A DNA stretch of 64,000 nt, filler included, from Choristocarpus tenellus KU-1152 (GCA_964200185.2; 14 parts of 14 records of this genome joined end to end with filler, not necessarily neighbours in it); one strand, 5' to 3'. Positions 50,411 through 64,000 are shown, counted from the first letter of the whole stretch. Notes: generated by a model from the sequence alone, not told the origin. Made by a program: numbers and translations.

Positions 50411-53179
50411 ATATTGGTGTATCTCACTTGTGAAGCTTTTGTCTGTTTGACCTCACTTACGTCACTTACATATGCCCTCACACATACCACGATACAATGG
50501 TTGGTCCTCTGTAGGGTTCATGTCTGTGTAATAGATTGAACATACCCTCCTTTTCGGGGCAAAGGGCATTTAGCTCTAGCATCAAGCAACCCACACCCAC
50601 CATACCATAGTACTATATTAGAAGACTTGTGCACCACTTAACAGGTTGGGTGATTTTTAACTTCATGTTGTGAGTTTGTTGGCTATTGCTTTTGGTTTGT
50701 CCTCTAGGAAGCATCAGTCTGAGGGGTGAGGAAAAATGTTAATTTTTTTTCTGATGTAAGCAGCAGGGGAAACGTCCTCATCATTTGTTTTGAAGTCAGA
50801 GCTTTAAATGGAAAACCCGTATCATTGATAGTTCATACACATATACACATATCAAGTTTTCTACATTAGGCCTGTGTTCTCCACTAGTTCCTTGACAGCA
50901 TCTGTGTAGTGTTTTGCTCCAAAGAACCTGATGGAGTTCTGCATCTTGGAGAAATTTTCTAGTCCGATACATTTTATTCCCATTAGTTGTGCTGTTCTAA
51001 ATTTTTTTATAAATAACTGTAGTGAATATGTTGTCGAATTGGTATATCATGATGAGGCACAACTCCTCCTGCACCTGAAGTGTGTTTATGCTATGACCAT
51101 TGAGCTATGGAAGACTTCTTACCTACAGTTTGCTGTTACTACTACTGATTGTCATGATTGACTTGGTGCTGCTACTTGCCCTGACATACATTATGATTTG
51201 TTGAATTCAATAGACCAGAGAGCTCTTTGCTCTGAGACAAAACCAGGTATCATTCTTCTTAATGCATTGGTGCATTGTTGTGCTTATGAATGCTAAAGTA
51301 CACACATCCTTGAACCCACACACCATGTGTTACCACCACTTTAAACACCGTATTGCTCTCTTGAAGTTGATGTCCTGGGTAATCAATGCTACTGGTCATA
51401 TTCTATCTAGGCTCAGGCAACACGCAAATCAGATGCACCTTGTTTCACACATACCCATTCACAACCCTATCTTTACATGCTCCCCCCCCCCCCCACATAC
51501 CTTCCACCACCAATAGCATTCACTACCCTAAAATAATCCCTCANNNNNNNNNNNNNNNNNNNNNNNNNNNNNNNNNNNNNNNNNNNNTTAATTAATTAAN
51601 NNNNNNNNNNNNNNNNNNNNNNNNNNNNNNNNNNNNNNNNNNNTCTTCCTCAATTTTTGAAATCGACTGTTAGGGGCTGCTAGCTCTGTCCTCTCTCCTG
51701 CTCCGGTAGTGGTAGCTCACGTGTCCCTGGGGTTCATGTACTTATTCTTGATAAGGAGGTATCAATTTTGGTCTTCGACTGGTAAATGGAGTTGCCCAAA
51801 AGAGACATGTATTTGACTAATCCTATCTTAGGTGAGGGTCTATTGTTGATACCTTTTGAACATTTAGGGCCTTACATATATTCTACCCGACACTCAATTT
51901 CCTACCCCTAAAATGAAGCTATCCCCCTTTAGAAGGCTGTGGCTGGCTGTGTACAAGAGGAGGCGAACGTCCGTTCACATAAATACCCTGTAAAAACGCC
52001 TTTTAGAGTGCTTGAAGGACATGCACAGAAGGCAGTCACAAAGGCCAAAACGCTCCAACTCAATGATATCACCCTCTAAGACAGAAGGGTCTTTGTTTCA
52101 CAAAATAGTTAAGATTATTTTACATGGTCTCCGCCAGGTGAGTGAAGTCCACCAGTTCAATTTGTTTACCTACTACTTTGCGTGTTCGTCCTTGCTTCTT
52201 GTGTTGCTGCACTTCTTTACCGAAAAAATAAAATGTAGAAAACATGTATGGACCACAAACATCTTTGTATATTGGTAGGTTGGGGGATAACAAAAAAGCG
52301 AAGGACGGTCAAATACAAAGTAAAGATTCTGTACTCCCCATTGTCATGGTTTCAATCCTTCTTTGGGTAGTGCCTGCTAAGTCGGACCAATAGCCCCCAT
52401 TGTTTTTGTGAAAACTGTGTATGGAGCGAGTGGGTATGAAGTAAGGTGAATGTCAAGAATCTGCATGATGGATACAACGAGATAAAAAAGATGGTGAGTT
52501 GGACGATAATCTATGGACTCATACCTGACGTCATTAGGAATTACATTACGTGTTGTGGGGCAAGTTCCAATAATTCATTATCGCCAGCTGTGATAAGAGG
52601 GGTTCTCTTTTCTTCAGCAAATCCAGAGTGCTCACCACCATAAATATTGAGATGATGCTTGAGTTGAACCTCGGATTCGATGGATGACATCATTTCATTG
52701 TGAGAGTCAACACCAACTAATCTGGGCATTCTCAGAACTTGTCAAGTGTATGCGCGTGGAAATGGATTTGGGTGAGATGGCGTCCTAATGGGATGTGTCT
52801 GTCAGAAATGAAATATATATAGTATTAGTGGTTTGAAAACCGTGTTTAAAATGATTATTAGTAGGGAGTTTAACGATGTTGAACGTTTGATTGAAATTTG
52901 GTTAAACCAGAGGTGACGATGTTTGCTGTAGCTGTTCATGATGTGCGTGTTGTTACGTTGGAAGAATGTGGTCCTTTTCCGAGAATATCTGTCTTGTTTG
53001 TGTGTATATGGATTCCATACACTACTTTCATTTAACGTGGGGTCATACGTACCTCCGGAGGTGCAAGTTAGTCTTCCACACATCACACCCACTTCAAAAC
53101 TTGTTTCACACAATCTTCTTGAGCCAAGAAAGTGAACGAGTGGGGGAGGAGTGTAATACTCTGTTTGAAGGAAGGAGGA

Positions 53180-54341
53180 ATGCAGGCCCTGAAATTCGTT
53201 AGCTGCATGGCCGGCGGCGTACCCTGCGGTGATGGAAAGATCAATGTCCCAACAATTGGATCCCACCCCATCACACAAATGAAGAACCTATGCACAACTA
53301 TCAATGGCAACCTCCTATCGACAGGAAGAAGCGCCGAATGTCGAGCTGAGGTTTGTCAATTGATCTTCATATGTGCATGAAAAAATTTGTCCGTGGCATG
53401 ATTGAGTCTGTGACATCTACCTCAAGTCTAGAGGTGCCACAAGGCTATCCACGATATACTCTGCTGCTAGGAGCATACCAAAGATTTGCCCTTCATTGCA
53501 CTTGATCAGAGTTTCTGTACTGGTGCTCATTCTATTGCTTATCCTCTTCCCGTATGTAATTCCCTTGAAGGTGGACTCCTGGGTTGACTTTGCAGGGTCG
53601 TTCTCATCAGAACACATCCCTTCTGTAAACAAGCACCTTCTTGGCAGGACTTTCCTGGCGGGAAATATATTCACCCTTGCAGATGTGTCTGTCTACTTCG
53701 CCTGTGCGTCCACAGTGGCTAGCATGGACGAATCTTCCATGAGAGGGGCTATAAATTTCGCGAGGTGGTAAGTTGAGCTCAGCTTTGGGCAACATACATC
53801 TGGTCATGTTAATTCCTCCAATGTACATTTTTTTCAATCGGGTGTCATAATGTCTAATCTCCCTCTCTTGCACTCTTTGCCAATCCCTTACCTGCCTCAA
53901 ATTGCAAAATTAGGTTCAACCAGGTGCAGTACAAGTTGAAGGCAATCGCCCCTGGTTGTGTTGAACTGCTGCCGGAGCTTGTCTCCTTGAATATCTTCAG
54001 TCACATTGCTGTTCCACTTCCATCCAGTATGACATTGGCCCTTTCCACCGCTGGCAGTGCTGCAACGCAATCGCTCCCGCAACCACCAGTAGCAGTAGGC
54101 AAGGACAAGATTGTAGATTCCAAGGCAATAAAAGAGGTGGCAGCAATGGACACAGCTAAGGGAGAGGTAGAGGTAGGTGTTGCTGCTAAGTCTGCTGCGG
54201 TCGCAAATCCGACTGGCAAGGGCAAGGATACAAAAAGCAAGGTCAAGGATGCGAAAAAGAAGAACAAGAGTGGAGGGGAAGGGGAAGGGGGGGAAGCAGA
54301 TGGGTGTGGAAAAACTCCTGGAGGGAAGTTAGGGTCAGGTG
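53180..54341 (+). CDS. GST-C-like domain protein of the aminoacyl-tRNA synthetase cofactor type (Arc1p/AIMP-like); exons ~53180-53350, 53571-53767 and 53914->54341
   Basis: Spliced GRSAECRAE/VDSWVDFA...VNKHLLGRTFLAGNIFTLADVSVY...INFARW/FNQVQ, followed by an Ala/Lys-rich linker. The C-terminus is cut by the linker. Confidence 0.75.
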
Positions 54342-54441
54342 NNNNNNNNNNNNNNNNNNNNNNNNNNNNNNNNNNNNNNNNNNNNTTAATTAATTAANNN
54401 NNNNNNNNNNNNNNNNNNNNNNNNNNNNNNNNNNNNNNNNN

Positions 54442-54490
54442 AATGGATACCCTGGTGTACCCCCCCCCCCCCCCCCAGATACTTTGGGTC
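54442..54490. mobile_element. MITE family A right end (contig start)
   Basis: AATGGATACCCTGGTGTA-polyC-AGATACTTTGGGTC. Confidence 0.8.
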
Positions 54491-56597
54491 AAATTTCTCG
54501 AAAAAAAAATCCGGCAATGGAGAAAGATGTGTATGTTCCATGGCACTCTGTGTTGTTGGCGGCACAGTGGCACAGTGCAACAACAACCACAGCGGCAATA
54601 AACAGTTGAAAAAGACCCTCTGTTAATAGTAAAATATATTATTTCCACACATAACAGCACTTTTTCCTTTTGTGATCTCCAACCATTCGACTAATCACTG
54701 ACATTTCAAGGCACATCGATTTATACCTTCTACCAGAGATAGTCACCTCCCACACACCTGTCGCTTCCTTCATCATCACTGGAAGGTTGAATACAAGGAA
54801 ACACATGAATTGTGTCCAACTTGCGCGAGGACGATGCCCATGACTATTATGTTTGGGTTTGTGTGACCGTTGGTGTTTAATAGTGTATGAGAGAGTCAAC
54901 AAAAAAACACAATTGGTGGGGAAAGGCGAAATAAATGACAATAAAAATGGTATTTTTATACACAGGCATTATTCATTAGATATATATTGTAAGTAGTAAG
55001 GGTTGTGCTTGAAGTGTGCTTTTACTCAATCACTTCAGAGAGGCATCATACACATGGAACATGTTTACATTCCTGGTCAAAATACAGGGTGTAGAGTAGT
55101 AGTAATATACTTCAATGTATTGTAGAGTAGTATAGCGGAAAATATGATATGTGATGAGTAATATGTTGTACTAAACACATTTTAAAGCAGTACAGAATTT
55201 TGACTAGTGAAAAATAGTGCTGGCTGAGATGACCGCTTTCTTTGAGACATCTGGTAGTACTAGGGGATATGCCTTGGGCAAACACCACACAAACCCATTC
55301 ACGTACACAAAAATCTCGATGTCGCTCTCTTTTTCCATAACTTGTCTGAGTTGCTTCAACAACAACAAAAGGAGGGTGACTTGACTATAAAAACCATAGG
55401 ATTTTATTGTGCCTCAAGTATGTGATAGAAAGGGTAGAGGTGGTTGTGTAACACTCGGAAGGTGGGTCGGTCTGGCATGGAGCCGTATACATTAATAATA
55501 GGCGTAGGTCAACGGAGGATGATATTATCCCTCTCAACAGTATTGCATCCATAGCATGAGAAGCGATCGACGTATGGGACAGGTTTGTTTAGGGCATCGG
55601 ATAGGTAATTTGGCAACACATAACATGTACGACATCCTGACGTTAGTGTAGAATGTCCTCTGAATCTATCTGCTGGGGTAACTAATCACAAGAACAAAAT
55701 CCCTGATATTATGGAAATAGTAAGATTATTTTTCACAGTAACAGGCATGAGGTAATAACACCCTCTTCATTTAAACCTCCAGTGACAGTGATAAAAGGAG
55801 TTCATTAACCCAATGAAGGTTTTGTCACACCATGGAATCAACCCATCCCTAATGGGTTAGAAGGAGATGTTCTGATGAGGCTGGGTGAGGTTGTGACAGG
55901 TCTTGTGGAAACATCTTTGCCCCTTCCCATATATTGCCTAAAACGAGCAGGGATGGAACATGGAACCTATTCTTCAGTGCAGAAATAGAGGAAAAAGTGT
56001 GGAGTGACTAAGCAATTTATACCATTGTACGGAGCTGAGAGAGGGAGAAAGCACAATTTGCTTCATTGATGCAAGGAGTGAGGACAGGGTCCTTTAACAT
56101 CTGTGAAGTAAAAAAAACATGCAATTTTTTTTTTGAAGATGTGTAATATTTCAATACATACATAAATTAATAATTTACACAGCTGATACAGCATGTGTGT
56201 GATTTTATGGCTACTCCATATTCCTGTGTTCCTGTGTTCAAAGTTTGTGTATTCTTTGTCCTTGAGTAGGTGTTGGCAGGTCGGCCAATGTGATTTTGAT
56301 GAAAAAGCTGAGGATATCCTCTTGTGTCTAACGTACTATCCAGCTCTCCTTCCCCTAAAATTGATCCATCCTTCCTGACCCAGTTTTCCTGTACCCCTAC
56401 TTAAATGCTTCAGGCAGCAAGATGTACAACCCAACAACTGTGTTCGCGAAATAAAAATTTGGTGAGGGGGTGAGTATGTGACTGCTTGCTTCAGGTGGAC
56501 ACTCGTCTCATCACTGAGCCTATCCTCAACCCTCCCCCTTTCCCCCCCCTTCCCCCCGAACCCGCGCAGAGAGCGCGGGATCAGAGGGAGCACCATG

Positions 56598-57578
56598 TCA
56601 GTGTCCCCCTGACTTCGCTTCCTTCTCTTGTGCCTTTCGCTGCTGCTTTTCCCTAATTGCCTGTGCATCCCTGTGAGGTGGAGTGGGGAAGGGAAGACAG
56701 GATGATAAGTGCGTGGCACAAACCCGTCGTCTACCTAAAAGAGCGTAGTTTGCACACAACCAGTCGAATGGGATCATCTCATATCCGTTCATCATCTCAT
56801 TCATCAGAGAGCCTTAGAGACTCATCAGAAGAGCTCACGCAACCCAGGCCAACAAAATTGAAGATACGAGATACCGAGGAGGTCAGGCCTTCCAATACCG
56901 TGCGATCACAATCGAGGAATCGATACGGACATCCAGGGACACAGACTGTATCATGACAACTTTCACATGTCACTGAAATTGTGGCTATGCATGATCGGGG
57001 AAGATGTGTCAGTAACTCAAGTCCTCTCAAAAAATACTGAAGACAGATAAGGAAACGAAAATAGGGTGGCAGGGATGAGACCGATAACGACGAGATATCG
57101 ATATCTGAGCAGGTTACACAACTCAGCCGCGGTTCACGAAAGCGTGACCCTTGAGCATTTTACAACATCGCACAACGATCAATGGTCTAGATATCATTCC
57201 CAACCACAAGGAGTCAAGATAGAACAGAGTCTTCGACAGGTCATGTCTCCGACTTAGGAGATCCACATACGATTGGTACTCGGTTGACCTTGCGTTAAGG
57301 GAGCTCCCAACCAATGGCTCCCCGACTTGGATAATGTAATCAATGACATCACGCATCTCGCCCTGATATTCGCGACCCATAAAACAAGTGACGATGGCCT
57401 CCAGTCATCATAAGGCAACCTCAACCTACAACCGTCCCCCTCCCTCTGGGCAATTATGAACTCACCTCTCTGCTCGTGCTCGTGGATCCCCCAACTTTTG
57501 GTTCTTGGTGTTGGGTTTTTTCGCATCTCGAGCCAGCTGCCTCTGGCGATCGCGATCCCTTTGGTTTCCCCTCGCCAT
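56598..57578 (-). CDS. SERF: SERF/4F5 family small EDRK-rich protein, complete; exons 57578-57466 and 56670-56598
   Basis: MARGNQRDRDRQRQLARDAKKPNTKNQKLGDPRARAER/DAQAIREKQQRKAQEKEAKSGGH*, with a phase-2 GT-AG intron. Confidence 0.93.
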
Positions 57579-60500
57579 TCCCCCAACTTCGTCAGCTGTA
57601 CCCACTTGCGTCCCTAATCGAAGGATTCGGACTGGGGATCTGCTAGCACTCCTAGATAGGTAATGGCTTAAGAACGGCAAGTTCTTATGCACAGGTACGT
57701 GATTGGAGGGAGTTGTGGATGTCGGGCGTTGACCTGGCAACTAATATTCAGCTGTGTTGCGTTTGTTTGTGTATGGATTGATGGGTGGAATTTAGAGTGA
57801 AGTATTTTGTGTAGGTCTCGTGTGGACTTGTGTTCTCAAAGGGCCAGTAAACTCTCTAAACCTCCAACCCTAAAAACCCCTGAGCCAACTGCAGAATTGA
57901 AACTCAAAATCCATGGTGAGAAAACTTCTCATATGAGGTCTTTGTCTGTCAGCCCTTGGATTAAAATCTCCCATTTGTTCGATTTCCTTTCTCAGAAGAA
58001 ATGATTTTATCTCAATACAATTGCAGACCCTTGACTATTTCTCCAATGTTTTGATGCCATTTACAGATTTCTACCTCTATTGAAGAACCTTCCAGATATA
58101 GATACCACTACGAAAATACAGGTAAAGTATAAATATAACAAAAAAAATATTTACCATCACTGCACTCTCGTCTGCATCAAAACCTATAATCTTCTTGTGA
58201 TTTAACGATATCTGGAGGCAGTTCCAAAAATGATTTCAATCATGAAAAATTAAAAAATAATATGGTGTTAAGAATACCATGTACGAAAGGAGATGAAAAA
58301 GGACCAAGTGAAATCGACCAATTCGTCATATTTGATGGGTGTTATGGTCGTTGAGGAACGTAAAAAATGGATGGTTCTGCCGATGTGACCCCATAACCCG
58401 TTTTGTCGAATATGCGGGATGATTATACAATACATATCCATATTTGTTTTCTTTTGATTACTACACCTAACAGTATTATTTTTAGGATATATCTGCAAAA
58501 TGTCAGAGGGCATAATAATAAAATATATCGCACAATTGATACTACTATTCATTGTTACGACTATGATAAGTTAAATCATGGCCACACATTATATTTTATT
58601 ATTATGCCGTCTGACATTTCTATTTGTTAATATATACCATAGATTTGAATAGGTATACTTTATAAATCCAAATAGCTGTACTACTGTCTAATTTTGGGTC
58701 CTACCACCATTGTTGCTCTACATAGTGCACCATGGGCAACAAGCAAATCTCAACCCTATACTTCTTTGTAGTGGAAGGTATTTTAGGATGGGACATATCA
58801 GTAGACAGAGGAGGGACATATGGGACTATCCATCGTACATATAAATAATTGTCGCATTTTGCACGTGTTTTGTGATGGACAAACAAGAAGCGCAACATCT
58901 CCAAGAAAACATCTAGTTTCACCAGTCCAACCATTTCCCCAAAAGTTGTTCTGTGTTGTTGAGGTAATGGTCCCAATTTTTTTTCTTGTATTACTTGTTT
59001 ATTGTATCCTGTGAAAAAAGCCATTCCCCTTAGGGCCTGTAATCGCTGTAGGGGTTCTAATTCCACCTACCTTATTTGGAACTTATCCACCTTGAAAGTA
59101 AACGTTACTCACAAATCCTACTGCTAGTCGTACATGTATGTACGTTTAAAGTTTATCCCTCTCTGCACATAAAGGCAGGTAGACAGACACAGACCCCTGG
59201 TACAGTAGTCCATTTGTTACGACTTCCTAAAATTGAACCACCTATCTATGATATTCTTTTTATTCCAAGTATTTTTTTTGGACTATAGTTAATAGTATAT
59301 ATTGACATCATTATTAATGATCCATAACGCTAACTCATACATGGGTGATGTGATTCCCAAAGGCAGGAGGTGCAGTCATGGGCACAGGAAGCAAATCTAA
59401 ACTCTGTCAGTGCTTTGTTCTAACTCAAGAATGTGGGATTATTACGCTAAAAAAGGAGAAATCCGTTACACTACTATGACCAACTCATCGCAAAAGATGA
59501 GAAGAGCACTCTCTTCACACCATTCAGAGGACATTTTTTCTGAGTATACCTTTAACAATATGCCATGGACGGTATCCGATTATGATACTCTAAAACATTC
59601 TTTTAGGAACTGTTCTCACACTTGCTAATAAACATTTCAAGACATTTTTAAGAGGTATTGGGAGAGGTGACGATGTGTACATTCAATTGTAAAGAAAGTT
59701 GTCCAATCTCTACATAATAGAGATATGAAGTCGTAGTGTAGACGTAGGTGTCAATGCGTCTTAGGAAGTCGGATTCACTACTTGACATTCTGAAGATCAC
59801 CCTCATGGTGGAGAGTCTCTATGTAGCTCAGAGGTTAATGGATGTTGTCACCTTTTATACATCGAGGGTTCATACACACCCTGTTCACATCATCTTTTCA
59901 TGGAAATCTGGTTTCCATCATCCAATGCCCATTTTTCAAGTACCCGCGATTTTGTACACTCATGGCATCCTATGTATATCGCTATACCACCAAAACACTG
60001 AAATTAATAAACAAGACAGCAGGCTTCACTTTAGAGTAATGCTAAGGTGGGTCCAGTACAAGAGCTGAGTGGGGAGGTGAAGCAACGACAGTGAGATGGA
60101 TAAAATCAATGTTTAAGATGCAAGGCATGAAGTGAGGCAGTGCAATTAGCCAGACACAGGGCCTTGACCACCGCTACACTGAATACTTTGGCACTATGCT
60201 GTCTTTGCCCGCCTATATACATTAGTCCGTGCCCCCTTCCAACTCTTCCTTTAACAAACTGCACCACCCATGACCAACTCCAACCGTGTCACGAGCCATT
60301 ATGCATTCCGACCAAGTGGAAGGTTGGAAGATTCTATAGGACCACACTACCAAAATATCTGTGACATCTCTTTCTCAACCTAAAACCCAGTGGAAGAGCA
60401 ATTGACACTATTGGCGCCTTTCCCATCAGTCAGGAAAGGAGTTGTTTGAGTGTACCAGAACACAAAGGTTATTTATTTTTTAACATTGGATACCACTTTC

Positions 60501-61329
60501 ACACAACACAGATTTGTTTATAAAGGCCTTCTGAGAGTATGACATGGGTGTTTTTTAGTGGGCAAAATGGTATGACCATGCAAGAACCCATTGATTGTAT
60601 TTGATTATTATACCCTCTGACATTTTCCAGATTTGTCAGGGGAAAAAACAATGAAAACTATTCACAAGAAAGTCCTAAAAAGTAACAGTTGCTATAAATG
60701 CGAAAAACATTGATCTATTTGCTATTTTGCTGCCACCTATGATGTATCGCTGCCTTCCTGTGCCTCCAATCTAGCTATTCCTGTACCTGCCATTTTTTCA
60801 ATATTAATGACGGTAAACATACATCATTACGTCACTATACTCTGCTCACTAACGATTTTTTTGTGAGCATCACGGGAATCGATCGTTTTCTCGATTACTT
60901 GGCAGTCTGCCAAAAAATAATTCCCTCATAGACTAAGATGATATTTTCCAAATTTATTTCCAGAGGATGGGAAATGGCTATAATACCATATCACGCATGG
61001 GGATAATATATATATTCATTATCAATACTACGTAGTATATACTTACTACAAAGATATATTATCATGACCTATTGTTTGCAAACTATACACACTTACAATT
61101 ATATTAATACCTGTCCTCTATCTATTGTCGTGGAAGGCACCAAAGAGCATTGTAAGTCCTTGTAGTATTCACACGCACAACTAGCAGCTGTATTATACAT
61201 CACCAGCAGTATCAATCGCTTGTTTGGCGAGATATGCATGTAACGTGATGTGTGATGTGATGAAACGACCTTTCTTCATCCATGCGAGTGTGAACACACA
61301 CATGGAATATGTTGCAAAACATGGTGGAA

Positions 61330-61387
61330 GGCCCAAAGTATCTGGGGGGGGGGGTGGCAGCTGTCCATTTGGGGTCACGTTTTTCAT
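61330..61387 (+). mobile_element. MITE family A left end (contig end)
   Basis: GGCCCAAAGTATCT-polyG-TGGCAGCTGTCCATTTGGGG. Confidence 0.85.
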
Positions 61388-62623
61388 NNNNNNNNNNNNN
61401 NNNNNNNNNNNNNNNNNNNNNNNNNNNNNNNTTAATTAATTAANNNNNNNNNNNNNNNNNNNNNNNNNNNNNNNNNNNNNNNNNNNNCTTCAAACTAGAG
61501 TCACCAGGGAGATGGGCACGGAGGGGTCTGTTGGATTATTACGATGCCTCCCTAGCTCCCCCCCCCGAGGCACAGGAGTAAATAGATGGGAAGCACAGGA
61601 AGACAGCAGTACAATATTTTATAGTGAAGTAACTGATAGATTAGTGGTTTCCACACTTCCAATGTTTTATAGTGCTCTCACGTTTAGGATATTTTCTTTC
61701 TTTAGGGCTAATAACGACATATGTATAGTTTTCATTGGTTTCCCCCCTGACACATCTGCAAAATGTCAGAGGGCATAATAAAAAAAACATACATAAATAG
61801 TATTGACTATTTGGAGGATATGCTTCCCTAGGTCCTCACATTGGAGACACAGGAAGCCAGTGGTACAGGATAAGGTGGTAGTAAAAATTGTAAACGGTTG
61901 TCTTTTACGTTACAACAACAGTTACATTTTTTGGTTTTTCCTCTCACATATCTCCAAAATGTCAGAAACCATACTAATAAAAATATAATTTACTATTGTT
62001 GTAATGTTGGAGGTGTGGATTGGTGGATATTTTCCGATCAAGTATGTAAAATATGCGAATTCAGTAGATTGGCATCTATCTTAACACTCATCTCTCCTAC
62101 CAACATTCCTCCCACTCCTCTACTCGACATTTCTGCGGAACGGCAGTACATAACTCTTCACTTGGGAGGCCTACCCTCTTACATCTCCTACGTCACAAAC
62201 GTAGCTGTGATCTCCAACTAGCGGCCTTGAGAACATCATAGCTAAAGGCAGGTAGGTACGCGCCATAGTAACCATTGCAACCCCAACCTGTTGGCATAAT
62301 GCATGCGGGAGAATTCCTAAGTATGCATTGTGCGGAGTGCTACATGCATGCACCTTCTTCAGAGCACTTTAGGGTGAAAGCAAGCATGCGGGGATGTTGC
62401 AATATGGTTTGTCTGTATCGTCGATGCAACCGTTGAGACGTGCTAGAGATATTTCACTGTGTGCACTCTCATGATCCCTTGCACACAGATCAGGATAGAT
62501 GCGGCCATTGAAATTTGTGCCAAAGGATGCAGTTGCAGTCGTGTTGTGTGTTCGTAAACTCCAGCGTTAACTGAATGGCTGACTGCCCCAATGGTTGTTG
62601 CCCAACGCACAGCAGGTATCACC

Positions 62624-63064
62624 ATGTCTTTGCCAGCCAACGTTGTCCTACCACAGACCCCTCAAGGAGAAACAGTGCGCAGGTTCGCACTGGGCCAAAC
62701 AGACGTGTCATACTTCGACAAATATGCCCCCCACTTGTTCGCAGAGAACATGGTGTTCAACGGCCTTCTCTTCAAGATGAAAGGGCGGGAAAACATTGTT
62801 CCGTTATACGCAGACTTTGTGAAGAACAAGATACTTTCTGTGAAGTTCGAGGCAATTGTCGAGGCTGGGTCGAAAAGTCGATACCTGCTCTTGTATTTTG
62901 TCAAGCTGGTTGGGCAGGAGTCTGAGCAGCCGATCTGTGACATGCTCACTCTTGACGATGAGGGCCTCATTGTGCGACTTGAAAACTGCTTCGACACTAC
63001 CAAGTGTCCACAAGACATTGTGGATGCTGGTGCTCCGACTCTTGCCGCTTTCAAGGAGGATTAG
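62624..63064 (+). CDS. SnoaL-like/NTF2-like fold protein (146 aa), intronless CDS
   Basis: ACCATG start; HLFAENMVFNG...KGRENIV.....F and CDMLTLDDEGLIVRLENCFD, which are typical SnoaL-like motifs. Confidence 0.75.
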   Translation: MSLPANVVLPQTPQGETVRRFALGQTDVSYFDKYAPHLFAENMVFNGLLFKMKGRENIVPLYADFVKNKILSVKFEAIVEAGSKSRYLLLYFVKLVGQESEQPICDMLTLDDEGLIVRLENCFDTTKCPQDIVDAGAPTLAAFKED

Positions 63065-63914
63065 GTTATGCTGTTGGGGTGTTTTACTAGCACATGAGTC
63101 CATTTTGTGGCCGAAGTGATTCATTTTACTCTTGGGAAATTGAGATAATAGAGAGGCTGAGGCAACATGGAGGTGGTAAGCTTGGTGTGCAGTCATTAGT
63201 TAAACAAACTGCTACTATTTTGGTCTGTTTGCTTTCCACGTCTAGGACGGTGATTTTTGTTCGAATCCCTTCGATATTAGGGTGAACATACGTTTTCGTA
63301 CTCGAGATAAATGGAAACATCAGACATGATAGAAGATTGTTCTCTCTATTCCGTCTCATGGCTAGATCAGTATTCGCCAAGAGCTCGAAGAAACTAACAT
63401 TAGCCATCATCTATTGAAGAGGGTGATCAATTACTTTAACGTGCCTATGCTTCCTTAAACACGATGGTGTTATTATTTATTCTTCTCGCTGTTTGATTCC
63501 TTACATTTTTCTTCAGCCATTGAAGACACTCATCGCTAGGTCTCCCAAGAGTAGCTAGAACATGCGCGCCTACCTCACCTGCTACACATCTCTGCCCGAC
63601 ATTGCGAGATTCACCCAGGGCACCACATGACAAGAAATGGAGATAATGGAAAACAATGACACCATCATTAAGTATAGATCGACCACCTCGTAAGACATAT
63701 GCCGGCACTTTCTATGAGGAACTTACATGTAGAAAATTGTAGGTAGCTCTAGGTTGTGGGTGTTGTACACCAGAAGGAGAGAAGTACCTCTAGCTGTTAT
63801 CGGTAAGGAACGATACAGTAGTGGGTGGTTCTGTGATGATAGGATCTGTTCTCCTTATTGTTTGGATTAATGTTGAGACCAGGATGTTATCGTCCCTAGA
63901 TCTTTCGAACTGTC

Positions 63915-63965
63915 AGCCCAAAGTATCTGGGGAGGGGGGGGGGGGGGGGGGGTTCCAACCCGGGG
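63915..63965. mobile_element. MITE family A terminus
   Basis: AGCCCAAAGTATCTGGGGAG-polyG. Confidence 0.75.
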
Positions 63966-64000
63966 GCGCTTTTGGGCAACACACAGAAAAGACGACCCTC

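Noticed and set aside
62662-63054. Antisense 130-aa ORF
   Set aside because: It is a shadow of the SnoaL-like CDS.
63255-63275. GTTCGAATCC tRNA T-loop-like motif
   Set aside because: No cloverleaf stems or A-box around it.

Overview
Intron-rich eukaryotic nuclear DNA, probably a stramenopile and plausibly a brown alga (inferred from the RPL5 sequence, GT-AG exon style and TTAGGG motifs). It is not contiguous: 14 short contigs are joined by 13 artificial 100-nt linkers (44 N + TTAATTAATTAA + 44 N), so synteny across linkers is meaningless. Host gene pieces: RPL5 (5' exons), nuclear-encoded EF-Tu (probably mitochondrial), a SMAP-domain protein, a GST-C-like/Arc1p-like protein, a complete two-exon SERF/4F5 gene and an intronless SnoaL/NTF2-like gene. 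Much of the rest is mobile DNA: two degenerate Sola-type DDD transposase loci, gag/zinc-knuckle relics, an RLE-type non-LTR fragment and two abundant MITE families with shared (C/G)AAAGTATCT ends. The most unusual locus is contig 1 (1-6082). There a ParB/Srx-like gene and an intron-rich Sola1/DUF7869-like transposase are head-to-head, separated by three 270-bp-period repeats that each carry a CACGTG box and a palindrome. This is a candidate two-gene transposon system, now pseudogenised. All family assignments come from motif recognition by eye, not database searches.
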